From contig CM121341.1 of the NCBI GenBank assembly GCA_051530055.1, positions 14,548,784 to 14,612,783 on the forward strand: a stretch of 64,000 nt of DNA. Direction: 5' to 3'. Below are positions 61,661 through 64,000 of this stretch, one piece after another. The notes below the pieces were generated by a model. That model was not told the DNA's origin and made no database searches. It worked only from the letters and a program-made list of their open reading frames with translations. Both the position numbers and the translations under genes were made by a program. This stretch comes from Neoechinorhynchus agilis (taxonomy: Eukaryota; Animalia; Acanthocephala). Position 1 is the first letter of the stretch; each line of letters starts with the position of its first letter.

Positions 61661-62132
61661 GTTTTTAGTCATAAATTATATGGATGTTTTAAAAAACTAG
61701 TTATATAATTATAAGGGAAACGCGAGACTTATTTTAAACTGAAGAAACAAGGGTTTAATAATAAAAACTGATTTGTTGGTGAGATATTATAGCAGAACAT
61801 ATGCGATCCACATTGGTGTGAGAGTATTGAAGACTGGAACGGTAAATCATAAAAAAAGTTAAAACCGTTTAAGCAAATGGGAGAATGCCATTTGATAAGG
61901 ATTACAAAGACTATTATTATCAGTATAGAAATCATTTTCAATTTGTGAATACACTGAGCACTTGGAATTTTATTGAAAAGCGAAATACAGATGCCCCGAG
62001 AATCACTTATTGACAAAGCAAAATTAAACTTTAAAGAAATTAATAATAACAACACAATAAAATGGTGAATGAATTATAGTTTTTGATTTATAAATATTCA
62101 TCTAATTTACTTTATTTTGGTCGTTTTGCAAC

Positions 62133-62329
62133 CCCGGATTTAAATTTACTGATTTATTTTCGATATTTAGTCGGATAATTCCGACATTATCAAGTCGACG
62201 AAATATCGGAAATAAATCAGGTTACGCAAACACTCCTAAAAAATCTTTCAAACAATGACTAACCTAAGGAAAATGTCGGAATTATCCGATGTGAAATATC
62301 GTAAACAAATCAGTGAATTTAAATACGGG
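62133..62329. mobile_element. MITE-like element, same family as 43381-43538
   Basis: Inverted termini CCGGATTTAAATTTACTGATTTATT...TCGGATAATTCCGACATT and AATGTCGGAATTATCCGA...AAATCAGTGAATTTAAATACGGG. Confidence 0.78.
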
Positions 62330-63092
62330 ATGGCATAACTAACAAAAGAAAGTATCTTTTTCCCCGGAGAAAATAATCAAAGTAATTTAATTTAGGTGAA
62401 AAGCGTTGCTTCATAACCAATATCGCACTGATCTCAGTCATATAAAAGATGTAACATTGTAATATTTAATAAGTGAATGGCGTGACGACTCTTACCGAGT
62501 GAAATCGAACAGTGTAATTGATTTTCTAAATTTGTGACTTTGCTTTGAATGGGAATTTTAAGAATAAAAGTATCTCATTGCGCAAATAAATATACGAAGT
62601 ATTATAGAAAATTTAAATTAATAATACCTTGACAACTAGGCCTTCTAAAACTCTAAAGCATTGATAGCACCTTGCCTGCCGGGGAACAACGGACAGGTCC
62701 ATTTTTTCAAGCATCGACTAATATTCATGAATAAACATATATATATGTATTATTTTTGTGTTCGGTCGATCGACGAGTATGAAAAATCGAAGGTCGCGAT
62801 AATGAAAACAAAATGGTTGTATCTACTTACATTAGACGTCGCATTGTGTGAGCCATTCTTCATATCTGAAAACGGTCCGTAAGCAATTGTGCGAGTGCGG
62901 CAAAAAGACAGTCCCGTTCCGGTTGCTCTTTTCGTCGATATAAAAAGAAGTGTAAGCGAGAAAAAGGGTGCTGTAGGTCGTTTTTTGTGAAACTCGAGGC
63001 GTGTATTGTAAGACGATAGGGACAGGCGGTTAGTGAGGTGTAGTAATCGGATCTGGACAGAAATGGACTACTTTATGCTGGAAAGAAGTCGA

Positions 63093-63718
63093 CTATTTGA
63101 ATGTCAAAGTAGCAACGAGGGAATATGGAATCTCGTTCAGAGGAGAGGCTGAAACCACGAATCGTACATGAACACAATGTTTATACGAGGAGGTGGAAAA
63201 CAGTCTACAAATAACGGCACCACAAGGATTTCGCAAAAAAAGGGTGGAACGTGACTCTACTCCATCACACGTCTTAAGCTTCTTTTTCATCTAAAACGAC
63301 TTTGAACCTCAGCATTAATTGCCCAAACAGACTTAATCCATCTTGGAGCTGAACGCAATGTACTCGTGAACAACTCAAACTCGTTGGATTCATGCCTAGA
63401 CAGACGCTGAGTCAACACAAACTCCGAGTAGTCTAGAGACTGAAGAGTACAACACAGGGATTTATGAGTGCATTGATTTGAGACATGGAGGTTTCGAATT
63501 ACATAAATATTGCCCAGATTAAGCCTTTGCCGGTCCATTGATCCAAAATCAAAAAGACCGAGGGTCTTGTGGCGATCACATACAATTGCATGATGCGGGT
63601 ATCGGAGAGATGACAGAACTCGGAGAATAAGGAAGACTGTATCGATTTCATCGTAGGGAACCGACGGTGAATGACTGCGAACGCGGTCTTCTGTGCGGTC
63701 TATCGAGCGGATCATCAA
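63093..63718 (-). CDS. Hypothetical protein exons (weak OB-fold-like segment LNLGNIYVIRNLHV)
   Basis: Two adjacent ORFs of 143 and 65 aa. The fold guess is a visual impression only. Confidence 0.25.
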
Positions 63719-64000
63719 GCGCTTTAGGTCGCTCAGTAATGTTAAACATCGAGGAATAAAGATTGATCGAGTTAGACTTTCGCTTTTACCAAAGAATTCT
63801 AATGTGATTCGTCAAAAGTCAACCAAGGCAGAATTTAAAAACAATAAGGCCCTTTGTCAATATTGGGAGTTTTCGTTCGATCCCCTAAAGATTGTTTCGA
63901 CAACAACCGGGCAAACTTCAACCCAGAACCCTTTAGAGACCTTTGGTGTACTTCAAGACGGGTTACCCGTGTCACACCATGAATCGCTCGTAGACCGCTG

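Overview
This is an AT-rich, gene-dense window from a metazoan nuclear genome. LIM kinase, stonin, NPC1 and SLC17 place it in animals. The taxon cannot be fixed from sequence alone, although a proline-rich protein family and splice acceptors next to start codons would fit a compact rotifer/acanthocephalan-like genome. Recognisable genes are CABIN1/HIR3, RPS28, NLE1, PSMD8, FAM98, MRPS5, stonin, an alpha-1,4-glycosyltransferase, CYC1, CPSF3, an NPC1-like gene, an RDH-like SDR and LIMK, most with short (about 30-60 nt) canonical GT-AG introns. Between them lie degenerate CRE-like, RTE and Penelope retroelements, MITE/foldback elements, a 660-bp tandem array of the RPS28 3' end, a 268-bp tandem repeat family, duplicated SLC17 pseudogenes and a roughly 700-bp (TAT)n tract. 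The main observation is that six conserved genes (NLE1, PSMD8, MRPS5, stonin, CPSF3 twice, NPC1) carry seven intervening sequences of about 280-1130 nt; A4GT has a possible eighth, 52-nt case. The two ends of each form a 9-16 bp inverted-repeat stem at the homology-predicted junction, those junctions are not GT-AG, and the stems share no obvious sequence with each other. For one CPSF3 insert no in-frame AG acceptor exists at all. This suggests an undescribed class of stem-closed non-canonical introns, or DNA-level excised elements. It remains an inference until checked against RNA-seq.
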